Assembly (NCBI RefSeq): GCF_009914755.1
Contig: NC_060938.1
Source: the human T2T-CHM13v2.0 reference genome, Homo sapiens
Strand: one strand, 5' to 3'
DNA: 64,000 nt
A model generated the notes under the pieces. It was not told the DNA's origin. It was given only the letters and a program-made list of their open reading frames with translations, and did no database searches. Shown piece by piece: positions 1-14,697 of this stretch (the first letter of the stretch is position 1; every line of letters begins with the position of its first letter). The position numbers and the translations under genes were made by a program.

Positions 1-1442
1 AGAGATTGATGTGTTAGGCAGAAACACTGAACAATACATTGAGTTTCCCTTTCCATCATATCTTCCTAAAAATTCTTTATATGGTGAAAAAGCTCCCATT
101 CTTTATGTTGGAAGAAATATCAGAAAAAAAGAGCTTCAAAGATTGTCAAAAGGGCATTAATATTAACACTAAATGAAGCAATTACTTCACGGTATAAATT
201 CTTAGGCAGTTAAAGTTAAAATAAGAAGGGCTAAGTAAGTTGCTAAGTTGCTTTGAGACAATTTTCCTGGGCTGCAAAGATTAATAACAAGGGTGGCAAC
301 AGTGGAAAGTTGGACTCACAGTACATGAGGACATATCCTTGTGGGGGTAGCTTTTTCCTAAAGTTGTGGTGGATTTTGTGCAAGGTTGTGTTTTTTAGGC
401 TCTATTTGTGGTAGTTCTTGTTACCAAGTGTAAGTGTATGAGAACCCTGCTTCTATGGCCTTTCCCAGTCCCATTTGCAAAAGTTTTAACAAAAGTGACT
501 CCGTTTTGATTCTGACAAAATTCAAAATTTCTTCTGGTTTGCACAACAAAGAATCAATTCCACAGTCACGTTTCACTCTCACCAAACAAGCTTATGCCCT
601 TCAGTTCCCCTGGGCCACTCAAATTTCCACATGAGTCCCCATGAAACACGGTGGAGGGTCCCAAGCACTGGGGAAAGAAGAAAGCCCCATCAGCCTCTCC
701 CATGCGGCTGCAGGAGCCACAGCCTGAGCCCCACCTGAGCTCCAGCGGAAGAGCTTGAGCCTTGGAATTTAGACCGCATGGACCACATCTTTCTTTTTCA
801 GGGAGCAGAAAAGAAAACGAAAAAGTGACAACAGCTGAAAAGAAAGAAAATGGATTGACAGCAAAAAGTGCAGCAGATGAGTGCTGATACTGCTTTGCAT
901 AGTCTCATATCAGGAGAAGGGGCAGACGTGAAACCTGTGAGCTTGTACGTGACACTGACTCTGGCCCAGCCTCTTTCTTGGCTGGAATCAGAAAAATTCC
1001 AGCCTTTTTTAATCAGGGAATGAAACGTTTTAAATCAGGGAATTATAGCCTTTTTTAATCAGGGAATTAAACTTAGTTTCCTGTCCCGAATGTGATTGGA
1101 GAAGACCCACAAGGCACCCCTGAGCTTCCTCAGGACTCTGATCTTGGTGACCGTGGTTGAGAACTTCTCATGCCTGGAAGTGGTGATCTGCATTTTGTGC
1201 ATGTGAGACTAGGCCTTTATATTACTACCTTTTAAAAGGTGTATATTTGGAGATTTTTTTGGTAGGCACAGAACTCTAAATTAGTGAGGTTCTCTGGGAA
1301 ACTGTCAGTTGGAGAGGGAAGTTACAAACACTATGAGAAAACCAGCTCCTACCCTGTATCTGCATCTGCCTCTGAGGTTGAATCTGATCAGTGGGTCCTG
1401 AGCGCCCCCGTAGCTGATTTACTTCATGTGTTTCTGCAGAGA

Positions 1443-1481
1443 GGTTTGTGTCTGGGCTCAACCTGACTTCCCTTCACTGCG
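1443..1481 (-). other. Defective 23-RSS of IGHV3-75
   Basis: Heptamer CGCAGTG (1475-1481, essential CAC mutated), 23-bp spacer, nonamer ACACAAACC (1443-1451). Confidence 0.9.
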
Positions 1482-1951
1482 TCTCCAGCACAGTAATACG
1501 TGGCTGTGTACTCAGCTCTCAAACTGTTCATTTCCAGATAAGAGTGTGTTCTTGGCATTGTTTCTGGAGATGGGGAATCAGAACTTCCCAGAATGTGCAT
1601 AGCGTATGCTACTCCCATCAGTACTAATACATGAGACCCACTCCAGTCTGTTCCCTGGAGCCTGGCAGGCCCAGTGCATCCAGTGGCTACTGAAGGCAAA
1701 TCCAGAGGCTGCACAGGACAGTCTCAGGGACCCCCACCCCCACCGCGCCAGGCTGTACCAAGTCTCCCCCAGGCTCCAACAACTGCGCCTCACACTGGAC
1801 ACCCAAAAACACAGGGGCATCCTGGTCAGAAACTGGCACATATTTTCAGTGTTTCCTTAACTGTTATCCACTCACACTCAAAATCTCTAGTTCACCCTGA
1901 ATCTACTTTTAAAATAGTAACAAGTAAATCCCAAGTCAGCACAAACCCCAT
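1482..1951 (-). pseudogene. IGHV3-75: IGHV3-family V pseudogene (leader 1906-1951, V exon 1482-1802)
   Basis: Leader MGFVLTWDLLVTILK; V motifs [28 protein letters not shown] and AEYTATYYCAG. The donor GT reads TA (1904-1905), the acceptor AG reads GG (1803-1804), and a 13-nt G-rich insertion in FR1 (within 1731-1749) shifts the frame. Named from its position in the distal IGH gene order. Confidence 0.88.
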
Positions 1952-3947
1952 GGTGAGTTCTCTGTTCAGTGCTAATCACCATGTGGAAAAACCTTGAAAT
2001 TCCAGGGCTGGGTCTCCCATCCCAGAACTGTAGGGTGAGGGCAGGGCTGGTTTTCACCAAAGAAGGAGGGTCCTTTGCATATTTCCAACTACATAAAAAA
2101 CTCTAGGGTGGGACACGTGAGGAGAAGGCATTGCCGAGAGAGGATGATGGTGTCCTGCAGGAGTTTGGTAACTTATGGTATTTAGAAGATTTGCACTTTT
2201 ACGAGGAAATTGTGCTGTGATAAACAGCATCAAACACCTTATTATATTTTAAATATGTGTGTAAATTATGTCTGTGAGACTCAATGTTTCTCCATGTACG
2301 GATGTGAAAGTAAACCCACACACAGAGTGCCTATGTATGTGTCTAAGTGCTCATGTCTGAGATGAGTGAGTTCCGGTATCTGAGCCCGTGTTCCTCATCA
2401 CTGTGTTCCCTGAACTAACTCCAGGACAGAGCGGGACATGTCTAGTGTGGCTTGCAGAACTTACTGCCTTAATGAAAATATTGTGACTCTGTTACACTCC
2501 AGCGTTCACCTAAAATTATGGAGAGAACTAAGGTTCACGCAGATAAATTTTCAGGTAACTGGCATTTAACATATGTTACCCATTTTCTATCAGTTCTTTT
2601 TGTCTAATTTTTTATTTGTTTGCTTGTAATAAACTTTATAAGGTCTAATTGAGAGATAATAAACTTCATATACTTAAAGTATACATTGATAAACATGACA
2701 TAACTATCACCATTATCAAGAAAGTGGACAAGTGAATTCGCCTCAATTTTTTCTCCTGTTCCACATTTCCTCCTATCCCTTTCCCTTCTTCTACCATTTC
2801 CTCAGGCAACAACTGTTCTTCATTAAATTATTGTAGGTTAGTTTTCATTTTCCAGAATTTATAGAAATGGAATAATATAGCATATATACTTATTTTTTTG
2901 GCTTATTTTACTCAGCATAAATACCTAGATATTTTAGTTTGTTGTGTGTATCAGATATTTGTACATTATAAATGATGGGTAACAGTCCAGTGAACAAATT
3001 TACTATAATGATTTTTCCTATTAAGAAGCTAATTAATATGTGGACTCTTCTGTTATTCTGGGTTTTACCAAAAATATCTGCTACTCAGCTTGCAGAAGTA
3101 CTTAGATAAGAAATATATATATTTTTGTATTTTACAACAACAACATCAACAATAACAGATGAACAGAAAATAAGAAACTTGGCAAATTGTCTTTCATACT
3201 TCAGATAATCGAAATTTTAAGACAAACAACAAATCTGAAATTTAGGGAGAGACAAGTTCTTGTAGAGAGTAACAAAGTCAGGGTATGAGATTACCTGAGG
3301 CAGAGTCTGCCATATGAAATATAGTCTATTTCAAGATAAGGCTTCAAATACATTAATTAGGTTGCTTAAAGTCAAGAGTGGTGAATGTGCTCTAGTGTAA
3401 AATTCTCAGGGACCAAATACTGAAGAGCTTTCTTATTCTCTTGAATATCTTTCCTGTAGAAATGGGACAACCACATAAATCGTTCTGTACTAAAGTGTCT
3501 GTCTGGGAGAGAATGACAGCCTGAACTTCTAAAACACATCCAGACCCACCTCCTCCCTTATCACCACTACAAAACTAAGAAATTACACTTTAGGGGAAAG
3601 CCTCTGAAACCGGTATCCGAAGGGCTGAAATAGATACTCTAGAGGATGGAACAAGGTAACAATACAAAGCCAAGCAGAAAATAAAAAGCTATTGTTGCTG
3701 TTGATACCGTAATCAGTTGGCTCTAGCTTAGGTAGATTGGCATTGATAACCTGGTTGGGTCTGATTCCAATCAGAAAAGAATGGGAGAAGATAAAATAGT
3801 ATGGTGTTTCAGCACATTCAGCTCTCTCTGAGACTTCCAGCCTGCATTTATTTACGGTTGCTCTTATGAACATTGAACATGCCTACACATCTCTCATAAT
3901 TATTATACCCTGTATCCCACAGAAAATTGGCAAGTCCATCTGCAGCT

Positions 3948-4370
3948 TGTCAAACCTGAATATCAGACAGAAAGAAACTCTAAAGTAAAGTGGTATTTAT
4001 TTGAGAATTAGCATTGCAATGGGAATGTGCACGGGCACATTTCGGTAGGTAAATAAGGAAAGTGTTTTAAAGAAAAAATGAGGAGGGCCACATATGCGGT
4101 TTTGAGACACTTAACCTGGGATAAAATGATCAATAACCAGGGTGGCATCAGTGTAATATTGCACAGGCACCTCTGGGCAGATGTACTTGGAGAAGTAATT
4201 ATTTTAAGGTTGTGCTGGCCTTTGTGCAAGGTTGTGGTTTTGCAGAATCTATTTATGACAGTTCTTGTTATGGAAGGCATGTGTATGAGAACCCTCCCTC
4301 ATGGCCTTCCCAGCTCCATTTCCCAGGTTTTAACACAAATTGTTGCAGTTTGATTCTGACAACTTTTACA
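3948..4370 (-). mobile_element. ERV1-class solo LTR (MER31/MER67-like)
   Basis: TG...CA-type termini; minus strand starts TGTAAAAGTTGTCAGAATCAAA; AATAAA near its 3' end. A paralogous fragment lies at ~330-520. Family from memory only. Confidence 0.5.
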
Positions 4371-4406
4371 GTCTCTTTCTAACACTATGGTGAGAAAAGT
4401 GACTCC

Positions 4407-4763
4407 ATGACAATTTGCACAGCACAGGATCAGTCCACACCCACATCTCATCCCCTTCACTACTAATGACAATTTGCACAGCACAGGATCAGTCCACACC
4501 CACATCTCATCCCCTTCACTACTAATGACAATTTGCACAGCACAGGATCAGTCCACACCCACATCTCATCCCCTTCACTACTAATGACAATTTGCACAGC
4601 ACAGGATCAGTCCACACCCACATCTCATCCCCTTCACTACTAATGACAATTTGCACAGCACAGGATCAGTCCACATCCACATCTCATCCCCTTCACTACT
4701 AATGACAATTTGCACAGCACAGGATCAGTCCACACCCACATCTCATCCCCTTCACTACTAATG
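4407..4763. repeat. 59-bp minisatellite, 6 near-identical copies
   Basis: Unit ATGACAATTTGCACAGCACAGGATCAGTCCACACCCACATCTCATCCCCTTCACTACTA starts at 4407, 4466, 4525, 4584, 4643 and 4702; one C>T in copy 5. Confidence 0.97.
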
Positions 4764-5623
4764 GCCACGTGCAATCTCAGATGAGTCTCCACACAACACC
4801 GTGGAATGCCTGAGTCATGAGAAGGAAAGAAAGTCCCATCAGCCTCTTTCACGTGGCTGCAGGAGCCACATCCTGAGACCCACCTGAGCTCCCAGGAAAA
4901 GGCTTGAGCCCTGGAATTTAGACCACAGGGATTACATCTCCCTTTATCAGGAAGCAGGAAAAGCAAATGGAAAAGTGAAAGCCAAAAGTGAAAGGCACAA
5001 CTAAAAAAAAAGAAAATGGATATAGCAAAAGAAATAACTAAACAACAACAACTAAAAAGAAAGAATACGGAAAGCAAAAGAAAAATCAAATCACTGCTGA
5101 TACTGAATTTCATATTTCACTGTCAAGAGAAGGGTCATATATGGAAGCTGTGAGGTTCTATATGACACTGACCCTGGTCCAGACTCTGTCTTGGTTATGA
5201 TCAGAATCCAAAAATAGTATCTGAATCATGGAATTTCACTGAGGTTACTGTTCTGGGTCTGATTAGAGATGACCCACCAGAACACTTAAGATTTTCCAGG
5301 ACTCTGATGTTTTTGACATTGGTTGATAATTTTTCTTCTCTGTAAGTGTCAATCTACATTTTGTGCATGAGAAAATATGTCCTCGCATTACTATGATTAT
5401 TTTATATATATATATATATATATGTATATATAACAATAGTACACACAGAATTCTAAAATGAAGAGGCTCCCTAAAGAAAGTAATGGAAGAAGATGATGAA
5501 GTCCAATGTCCTGACAGAAAACCAGCCCCTAACCTCCATGTGAACCTCCCTCTGGAGTGGACTCTGATCAGTGGGCCTTGAGTGAGCCCTGTAGCTGATT
5601 TTCCTCCCAGCGTTCCTGTAGGA

Positions 5624-5662
5624 GGTTTGTGACTGGGCTCACACTGACTTCTCCTCACTGTG
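5624..5662 (-). other. Near-canonical 23-RSS of IGHV3-76
   Basis: CACAGTG (5656-5662), 23-bp spacer, TCACAAACC (5624-5632). Confidence 0.92.
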
Positions 5663-6112
5663 TCTCTTACAGTAATAGACGGCCATGGTGTCAGCAATGA
5701 AACTGTTTATTTGCAGATACAGTGAGTTCTTGGTGTTTTCTCTGGAGATGGTCAACCGGCCCTTCACAGAGTCTGAGTAGTATATGCCTCCACCACTAGC
5801 ATTAATGTAAGACCCACTCCAGTCCCTTCCCTGGAGCTTGGTCCACCTAGTGCATGCCATAGTTACTGAAAGTGTATCCAGAGGCTGCACAGGAGAGTCA
5901 CATGGACCCCCCAAGCTGTACCAAGCCTCCCCCAGACTCTACCAGCTACACTTCACATTGGACACCTGCAAACACAGAGACATTCTTGTCAGAAACTGCC
6001 ACACAGATCCACTGTTTCTCTCACTCATATCACTCACAGACAATATTTCTAGTTCTTCTTGATTGCCTTTTAGAACAACAACAAAGAAAACCCAGCGCAT
6101 TCCTAACTCCAT
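5663..6112 (-). pseudogene. IGHV3-76: IGHV3-family V pseudogene (leader 6067-6112, V exon 5663-5965)
   Basis: Leader MELGMRWVFFVVVLK with a GC donor; V begins GAA GTG TAG (stop at 5946-5948); FR3 [30 protein letters not shown]; octamer mutated to ATTTTCAT (6239-6246). Confidence 0.9.
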
Positions 6113-6409
6113 GGGATGTCTTCAGTGTTCAGTGCTAATCACTGAATGGAAGCACCTTGGTACTGCACGGCTGGGGCTTGTCTCCCAGAGCTGCAGAGTC
6201 AGGGCTGGGCTGGTTTTCATCAGCTGAGAGAGGGCCCTATTTTCATGTATCCTAATATATAGAAAGCTATGGTTTGGGATGCCTGAGGAGAGGGGAGGGT
6301 CAAGAGAAGATGAAAGATTCCTGGGAGATTTACATTGAAAGTTAATATTGATCAATGAGATGATTGTGTGTGTGTGATGAATCACATTTACTGATTTATG
6401 TATATTTCA

Positions 6410-6765
6410 GAATGGAATACAACACAGTCATAAGAAGAATAAGATCATGTTATTTGCAGCAACATAGATGGAGCTGGAGGTCATTATCCTAAGGAAAGTA
6501 ACACAGTAACAGAAAATTACAAACCATCTGTTCTCATGTATAAGTGGGAGCTAATCATATTGACACAAAGAAAACAACAGACACTAGGTCCTACTTGAGT
6601 GTGGAGGGTGGGAGGAGGGTGAGAATTGAAAAACTACCTACCAGGTACTATGCTTATTTCCTTGGTGACAAAATAATCTGTACATCAAACCAACAGAACT
6701 CACAATTTGCCTATAAAACAACACTTGCACAAGTACTTCTGAACCTAAAATAAAAGTTTAAAAAC
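6410..6765 (+). mobile_element. Old L1 3' end fragment (L1PB/L1MA type)
   Basis: L1 ORF2-end and 3'UTR sequence (GCAGCAACATAGATGGAGCTGGAGGTCATTATCCTAAG...GAACCTAAAATAAAAGTT). Confidence 0.8.
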
Positions 6766-8469
6766 ATTTTGGCTAGTTTTTCATTATTAATACAACACCT
6801 GAATACTCCTTAGTTATTGCAAATGCTCTCTAGAATATTTTTGTGTGTGTTTTTTTACTATCTTTTAACATAAAAAAACTTAGATTTATATAACTATACA
6901 AGTTAATAATGTATTTTGAAACTTCACAGTCACACCCATATATACAGACACAGACACACACACCCAGCAATGAAACATATATGTGCACAGGCAAAAATAA
7001 ATGCATTTCCAAACATCAAAGTGACATACATTTGTTTCTGTGTTATTATATTTAATTTATATGGATTTATTTGTATTTATAGTTTAAGGTTTTAGTCCAA
7101 AGTAACATTCTTCTATGAGTAAGTCTGTCTATTCCAATGTAAATTAAGAAATATATGTAAATGCATGTTTTAATAAAACTTACTGTAACTGCCATTATTG
7201 ACAAATCTATCATTGAAAAATACAATGGTATTCTTTACATACTCTGTGCTAGCTTATTTCCCATTTTTACTAATAGCATATTTTTTAAATAAATGTTTTA
7301 ATGCATTTAATGTTATAAATAAATATAATAATCAATAAGGCAAGCATCTCTATTAAAATTTTATTACACGATTGGTTGAAATAACATTGTACTTTACAAA
7401 AGGCATCACCTTTTTCTAATTTAAATAGCATTTAAATATTAAATTAAAAAAATATTAAGTATTAAAAAATAGCAATTTCCAGTTTAAAGACTTTTTTCTT
7501 TTGCAATGGCTTCACATGAATTTTTAACATCAACTCGATAGGTTATTTGACAATATTCCTGGATGCTAGAGAATATCCATAAATATAGAATTAATATCAG
7601 CACAGGGTTCCCAGGATTCACTCACAATGACAACTTGCTAGAGGGTGGTCAGGAAGTGTGCAAACACGTTAGGGATTTAGGCTTTATCATCAAAGCACTA
7701 GTGAGCCCCAGGGCTGAGCACACAGTGGGCAGCAGGAGCTGCAGAGCCCACTCTGTGGTACTTAGGGAAGATAGAGGATGGGGTGGGGTGATGTCTGCAG
7801 GACCGTTGAAAGGGGTGAGGAGGGCAGAGAGTCTGCAGGTAGATGAGCATATTCTTAGAACTGTTGCCTGCCTATACTTGGTTGGCTTCAGTGATCATAA
7901 AGGGAAGTGAACTGATTCACCAGACATGGATGAGACATAATAAACGGGCTTGCTGATTCCTTGAATGGAAATTGAGGATTATAAAAGGTTTGGAAAGAAG
8001 AAGGGAAGGTGGAGAAACAGACTGAGGGGCAGAACACCAGGGGCCACCAAAGTGGAGGACAGGAGCCCTTAAAGTGGGGTTTCATCTTCACAATCAGCAA
8101 ATGGAAGAAAAAGAAACTCAACACCATGCATATGCTGAGTTATTGTTAGAAAACATTTACAAAAGTGTGACTGACACAGCACAGTAACAAAAATCTGTGT
8201 AAATAGTTTGAAGTAAGCATACACAATTTCTTCATTTTAAAATTGTACTGAGATATTATTACTAGTATTATTACAAAAATATAAAGAATTAAAAGTTTAA
8301 TTGAATTCCTGTTCTAAGTTAGGATTTTGTAGGTAAGAGAAACATGGATTCCAAGGAAGAAATGGCAAAAGATGCTGAGAAGAGTTTCACTTTACCAGGT
8401 CAGGAATCACAAGGCCTAAATAAAGAAACCCACCCTCCCCAGGGACCTGATGATGCACTGCTTCCTAAG

Positions 8470-9455
<986 letters not shown>

Positions 9456-9564
9456 TGTCTGTCACACGGTCCCCTCCTGTCTCCCTGCAGGGAGGTTTGT
9501 GTCTGGGCTCAGACACAAATACAGGTGTCCCCTGTGTTAGGTTGCCACACGGATATCTCCTGTG

Positions 9565-9985
9565 TCTCTCACAGTAATACATGGCCTTCTCCTCGGCTCT
9601 CAGGTTGGTCATTTTGAGGGAGACTGTGCTGACAAGGGTGTCCCTGAGGATTATGATTTTTCTTTGTATTGATGGAGGGTACCACTAACAAATTCCACTT
9701 GAATCCCTCGCTTTTGCCTCCCACACCAACCCCTGTCCTGAAGCCTGCTGGGCTGAGCTCATGCTAGAGTCAATGAAGGTAAATTCAGAGGCTTTGTAAA
9801 AAAGGCTCTGAGAACAGTTAGGCTGTATCATTTCTCTTCCAGATTCCACCAGTGAACTTCTTGTAGGACTCTTACAAACACAGAGGGAACAGGCTGAGAA
9901 GCAGCCACAGCTAGGCTTGATCCACAGGGACCCTACCTCTGAGAATAAGAAGAGAACCCCAGATTAGCAGAGACCCTAAGGTGTG
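9565..9985 (-). pseudogene. IGHV(III)-76-1: Clan III divergent IGHV pseudogene
   Basis: FR3 remnant MTNLRAEEKAMYYCER; nonamer ACACAAACC (9494-9502) with disrupted heptamer and spacer; flanks paralogous to IGHV(III)-82; no leader ATG at the expected position. 5' limit approximate. Confidence 0.8.
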
Positions 9986-10615
9986 GACACTGAGGAAGGG
10001 CACCGACATCAGGTGGCATCCCCTTCATGGACAGGGGATAAGCTGTCCATGGGCCATTTTATGAGCATGGATGGGGGGCACATTTACACCTCTTTCTCCC
10101 TGTGGACAAGTGTGAACTGCTCAGCAGGGCTCATCCCTCTGCCTCTAGACTTCAGGGAGGGCAGGGTCAAAGAATCACTGAAACTGGATGCTCCGGCTTA
10201 ATCTTTCCATCACTCTCTTCTTTTTCTCTAATGTGAGCCTGGTTTAGTTATTTTTATGGTATCAACCTTCATCAACAAATAAGTCAAGGAAGTACATGAA
10301 AAGAAAGTGTTAGGAAGAGTTCGTACATGAACAGGAACCTGTTTGCATGTCTCCGACTATAGAGTCGGTTCTTGGGTGAAATTCCTGAGGAGAGAGCAAT
10401 GCTCATAGTAGGTGAGAGTATCATTTGTAGCATTTGGAAAAATATAATTTTCCAATCTGTCCTTAGGCAACTACTGATCTTTTTTTGTTACTTTAGATTC
10501 ATTTTCATTTTTTATAATTCCTAGAAATAGAATCATACTTTATGCACTTTTATGTGTTGGCTTATCTTAGGATACATTTTTGTGAATACAACAATGTTGT
10601 TTTTTGTATCAAAGC

Positions 10616-11877
10616 TGTATTACCCAGAGTTCTCTAGAGAAATAGAACTAATATAACATATGTATATAGGAAATATAGTTTATTAGAATTTTCTCACAAA
10701 ATTACAAAATGAAAGTTCCATGATAGGCTTTCTAAAAGCTTGGGAAGAGAGAGAAACTGGTAGTGGCTCAGTCTAAGTCCAGAAGTCTCAAAACCAGAAA
10801 AGCCAACAGTGCACACTTCATTCTCTGACCAAGGGCCCAAGAACCCTCAGCAAGCCCCTGCTTCACGCCCCATAGTTCAACTGCCAAAGAACGTGAAATC
10901 TTATGTCCAAGGGTAGGAAGAGCAGAAGAAAGCAGCCAGCAAGGAAAACAAAGCAAAACAAAACAAAAACAGAAGGCGCAGCAAGCAATGTTATCTCCTC
11001 TTCTTCCACCTGCTTTATTCTAGCTGTGCTGGCAGCTGAGTGGATGGTGCCCTTCCATATTGGGGCTGGGTCTTTCTCTTGCAGGCTACTTAGTCAAATG
11101 CCAACCTCCTCTGGCAAAACCCAAGAGACACACAAAGAAACAATACTTTCCCAGCCATCTAAGCATGCTTTAATCCAATCAAGTTAAACCTAATATTAAC
11201 TATCACAGGCCAATCCCTTGTTGTCAACTTAGCATCCCTACATATCACCTGAAATCATGCTCGATCTCCAAATAAAGACAATAGTAAGGTCATAATTATG
11301 CCTAACATAATACAGCTATCCTTCATACAACTGAAAATGCACTAATCCTTAACCTAAATGCCACTATATACAGTTAACAACTCTCAAATGCTAATATGAA
11401 GTCGATAAATCTTATGTTACATGAAAAACAAAAAGAAAACATTTTCTTAGTACAGTTATATACATGCAGAAATATATTCTTAAGAAGATAAGAAAGACAT
11501 ACTCATGACAATTCCAGTCCTCATTTCTGGTTGATGGTCATACCTGGTATTGATAACAACTTTCTTGTATCTACCCATTCTGTATTTTTTGGCCTTCAGC
11601 AGTTACCTTGGCTGGTCAGTTTTGTTTCTTGTTCATTTGTTTGTTTGTTTACCTGGTGGAGTGACCTAAACTTTTACTCTTGAAGAATCTGAGCCATCTG
11701 TATGCCTGCCTGGATTAGGTTGTTGTAGTTTCCCATTGACCTTAATCACATGGCAAAGTAATGCTAAGAGATGCCCTAAGAAATCCCCCTGTATTCCAAA
11801 CATACTATTTCTTACCTCCATTGTGGAGTAGTAGTATGATTCCATCTTGATAGCCTGGGTCAATCACCCCAGCCATA
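10616..11877 (-). mobile_element. MLT2 LTR (10616-11207) plus adjacent HERV-L internal fragment
   Basis: MLT2-type ends TGTATTA..AGAGTTCTCTAGAGAAA / TATTAACTATCACA; peptide GHLLALLCHVIKVNGKLQQPNPGR..DSS resembles ERVL internal coding sequence. Confidence 0.75.
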
Positions 11878-11899
11878 CAAATTATAAAGAGTTTTTTTC

Positions 11900-13213
11900 C
11901 AATTTATGTAAATGCATTTCTTTGAAGTTTTGAATGGGAGTTGTTTTTTATATGGTGACAGATAGAGATCCAGTCTTATTCTTTTACATGTGGCTTCCTA
12001 GTTTTCCCAGTACCATTTATTAAATATGGTGTCTATTTTCCAATTTATATTTTTGTATGTTTTGTAAAACATCAGTTGGCTTTACATATTTGGCTTTATT
12101 TCTGGGTTCTCTATTTTGTTCCAGTGGTCTATGAACCTACTTTATATCAGTACCATGTTGTTTAGGTAACTGCAGCCTTGTGGTATAATTTGAAGTTCAG
12201 TAATGTGATGGCTCCATTTTTTTCTTATTAGGATTTATTTGGCTATTTGGGCTTTTTTGGTTTCATATGAATTTTAACATTATTATTTTTTAATTCTGTA
12301 AAAAATAATGTGGGTATTTTCATAAGAATTGCACTGAATCTGTAGATTGCTTTGGGCATTACGGTCATGTTCACAATATTGCTTCTTCCAATCCATGAGC
12401 ATGGGATTCATTTCCATTTGTTTGTGTCATCTATGATTTCTTTCAGCAGTGTTTTGTAGTTCTCCTTGTAGAAATCTTTTACCTTTTTGGTTAAGTATAT
12501 TCCTAAATATCTTTTTGTAGCTTCTGTAAAAGAAATGGAGTTCTTGATTTGATTCGCAGCTTTGTTGTTGTTGATGTATAGCAGTGCTACCAATTTGTGT
12601 ACATTTATTTTGTAACCTGAGACATAAGTGAATTCATTTACTAAAACTAACAGTATTTTGGGGGAGTTTAGGGTTTTCTAGGTATATAATCACTTCATCT
12701 GTAAACAGTGATAGTTTGACTTTCTCTTTCTCAATATGGATGCCCTTTATTTTTTTCTTCTGATTAATTGCTCTGGGTAGAACTTCTAGCACTATGTTGA
12801 ATAGAACTGGTGAACATGGACATTCTTCTATTGTTTCTGTTCCCAGGGGGAATGCTTTTAACTTTTTCACATTCAGCATGATGTTGGGTGTGAGTTTTTC
12901 CTATATAACCTTTATTAGTTTGAGGTCAGTTCCTTCTATGCCTACCTGACTTAGAATTTTTATAATTAAAAACGCTGAATTTTGTTAAATGCTTTTTCTG
13001 CATCTATTGAGATAATCCTATAGTTTTTGTTTTTAGTTCTGTTTATGTGATGTGTTACATTTATTGACTTGTGTATGTTCAAATAATCCTTCCATTTCTG
13101 AGTTGAAACCTACTTTTATCATGATGAATTATCTTTTGGATGTGCTGTTGGACTCAGGTAGCTATTTTTTGAGTATTTTTGCATCTATATTTACCAGGAA
13201 AATTCGTATGTAG

Positions 13214-13258
<45 letters not shown>

Positions 13259-13862
13259 CTGGTTTGGGTATCTGGGTTATAGTAGCTTTAGAGAATAATT
13301 TAGGGAGGATTCTTTTTTTCTAAATTTAAAAAATAGTTTCAGAAAAAATGGTAGCAATTTTTCTTTGAATTTTGTGTAGACTTCAAATGTGAATTCACCT
13401 GGCCCTATTTTGTTGTTGGTATTGTTGGCAATTCTTGAATTACTGATTCAATCTCATTGTTTATTATTCATCTATTCAAAGTAACTGTTTCTTCTTGATT
13501 TAATCTAGGAGAGTTGTATGTTTCTAGGAATTTTTCCATTTCCTGTAAGTCTCCTAGATTGTGCACATGAAGTTGTACATAGTAGTCTCAAATTATTTTA
13601 TATATTAGCAGTGTAGATTGTATTGTCTCATTTCATTTCTAATTGAACTTATCTGGATCTTTGCTCTTCTTTTCTTGGTTAATATAGCTAATGGTCCATG
13701 AATTTGATTATTTTTTCAAATAACCAACTTTTTATTTCATTGGTTTTTTGTGTTTTTTGTTTGATTTTCATTTAGTTCTGCTCTGATCTTTGTTATTTCT
13801 TTTCTTCTTCTGGATCTAGGTTTAGTTTGTTCTTATTTCTCCAGTTTCTTGAGGTGTGACAT
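11900..13862 (-). mobile_element. Old L1 (L1PB/L1MA-like) ORF2 portion, split by the provirus
   Basis: ORF2 remnants [33 protein letters not shown] and RYLGIYLTKKVKDFYKENYKTLLKEI; continues at 23803. Confidence 0.88.
13217..13253. repeat. (GT)n microsatellite
   Basis: Uninterrupted GT run. Confidence 0.95.
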
Positions 13863-14573
13863 TGTTGCAGAAATTTAGGAGGGCAAGGGAGACCTCAGGG
13901 TATAGCAGGAGGATCCTTTATTGAGTGCACTCTGTCTCAGTGGACTCAACGTCCAAAAAACTGGGCCCCGAACAAAGACAAGGTTTTGCTTATATACCTA
14001 CTCCTAAGTGGTGCAAACGCGAATGTACAGAGGCAAGACAAAGGCCGTTAAACAAACTAAGACAGGCTTATAACTCAAGTTTAGTATACTCCTTACTATG
14101 CTGCCCAGATGGTCATTATCTGCTTAGTTCAAAGGAGTCTCACAAAGACTCATCTTGCGACCCCCACTATGGCGTCTAGCTGGCTACTAGCCAGACCTGC
14201 TCAGGCTATACTGCTTAGATGCAGAAGCAGGAACCTACAATCATTAACTGTAGGAAAAACAGAAACTCCAAAAACTTACAGAGCAAGGAGCAAGATATAG
14301 TTTACATAGCAGAGGGGATGAGATTCGACGGGGAAGTTTACTTACACTAAAGGAGAGATAGGAAAACTTATCTCTTCACATCCTTATGTTGAGGGAGTGC
14401 TGGGAGAGTCTTCAGAGCACATTCCTCTGAGCTCTGGCCCTTAAATTACATTATTGAAACTTTGCGTGTTACTGCCTTTGACATGAGTCAGCCTAACACA
14501 GGCAGCTTGTTTCTTTCTCTTTTTTAATTTCTATTTTCTTTTTTTCTTAATTTTTTTCTTTTTTCCCATCTCA
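13863..14573 (-). mobile_element. 3' LTR of the provirus
   Basis: TG...CA ends on minus; purine-rich tract before it; AATAAA at 13917-13922; TATA-like TATATAA near 13990. Confidence 0.9.
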
Positions 14574-14697
14574 TACCCTGCCTTTGATGCCTCCTATGTA
14601 TGAAATTTTAATAGAAGTCATCACTACAACTTTGTTCTTCATGATAAGGCAAGTTTTCTTCGTTTGGTACAGCTTGGTATTTAGTTAGAGCCATTAG

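Noticed and set aside
4407-4763. CRISPR-like array
   Set aside because: Head-to-tail identical units with no unique spacers, in human DNA; an ordinary minisatellite
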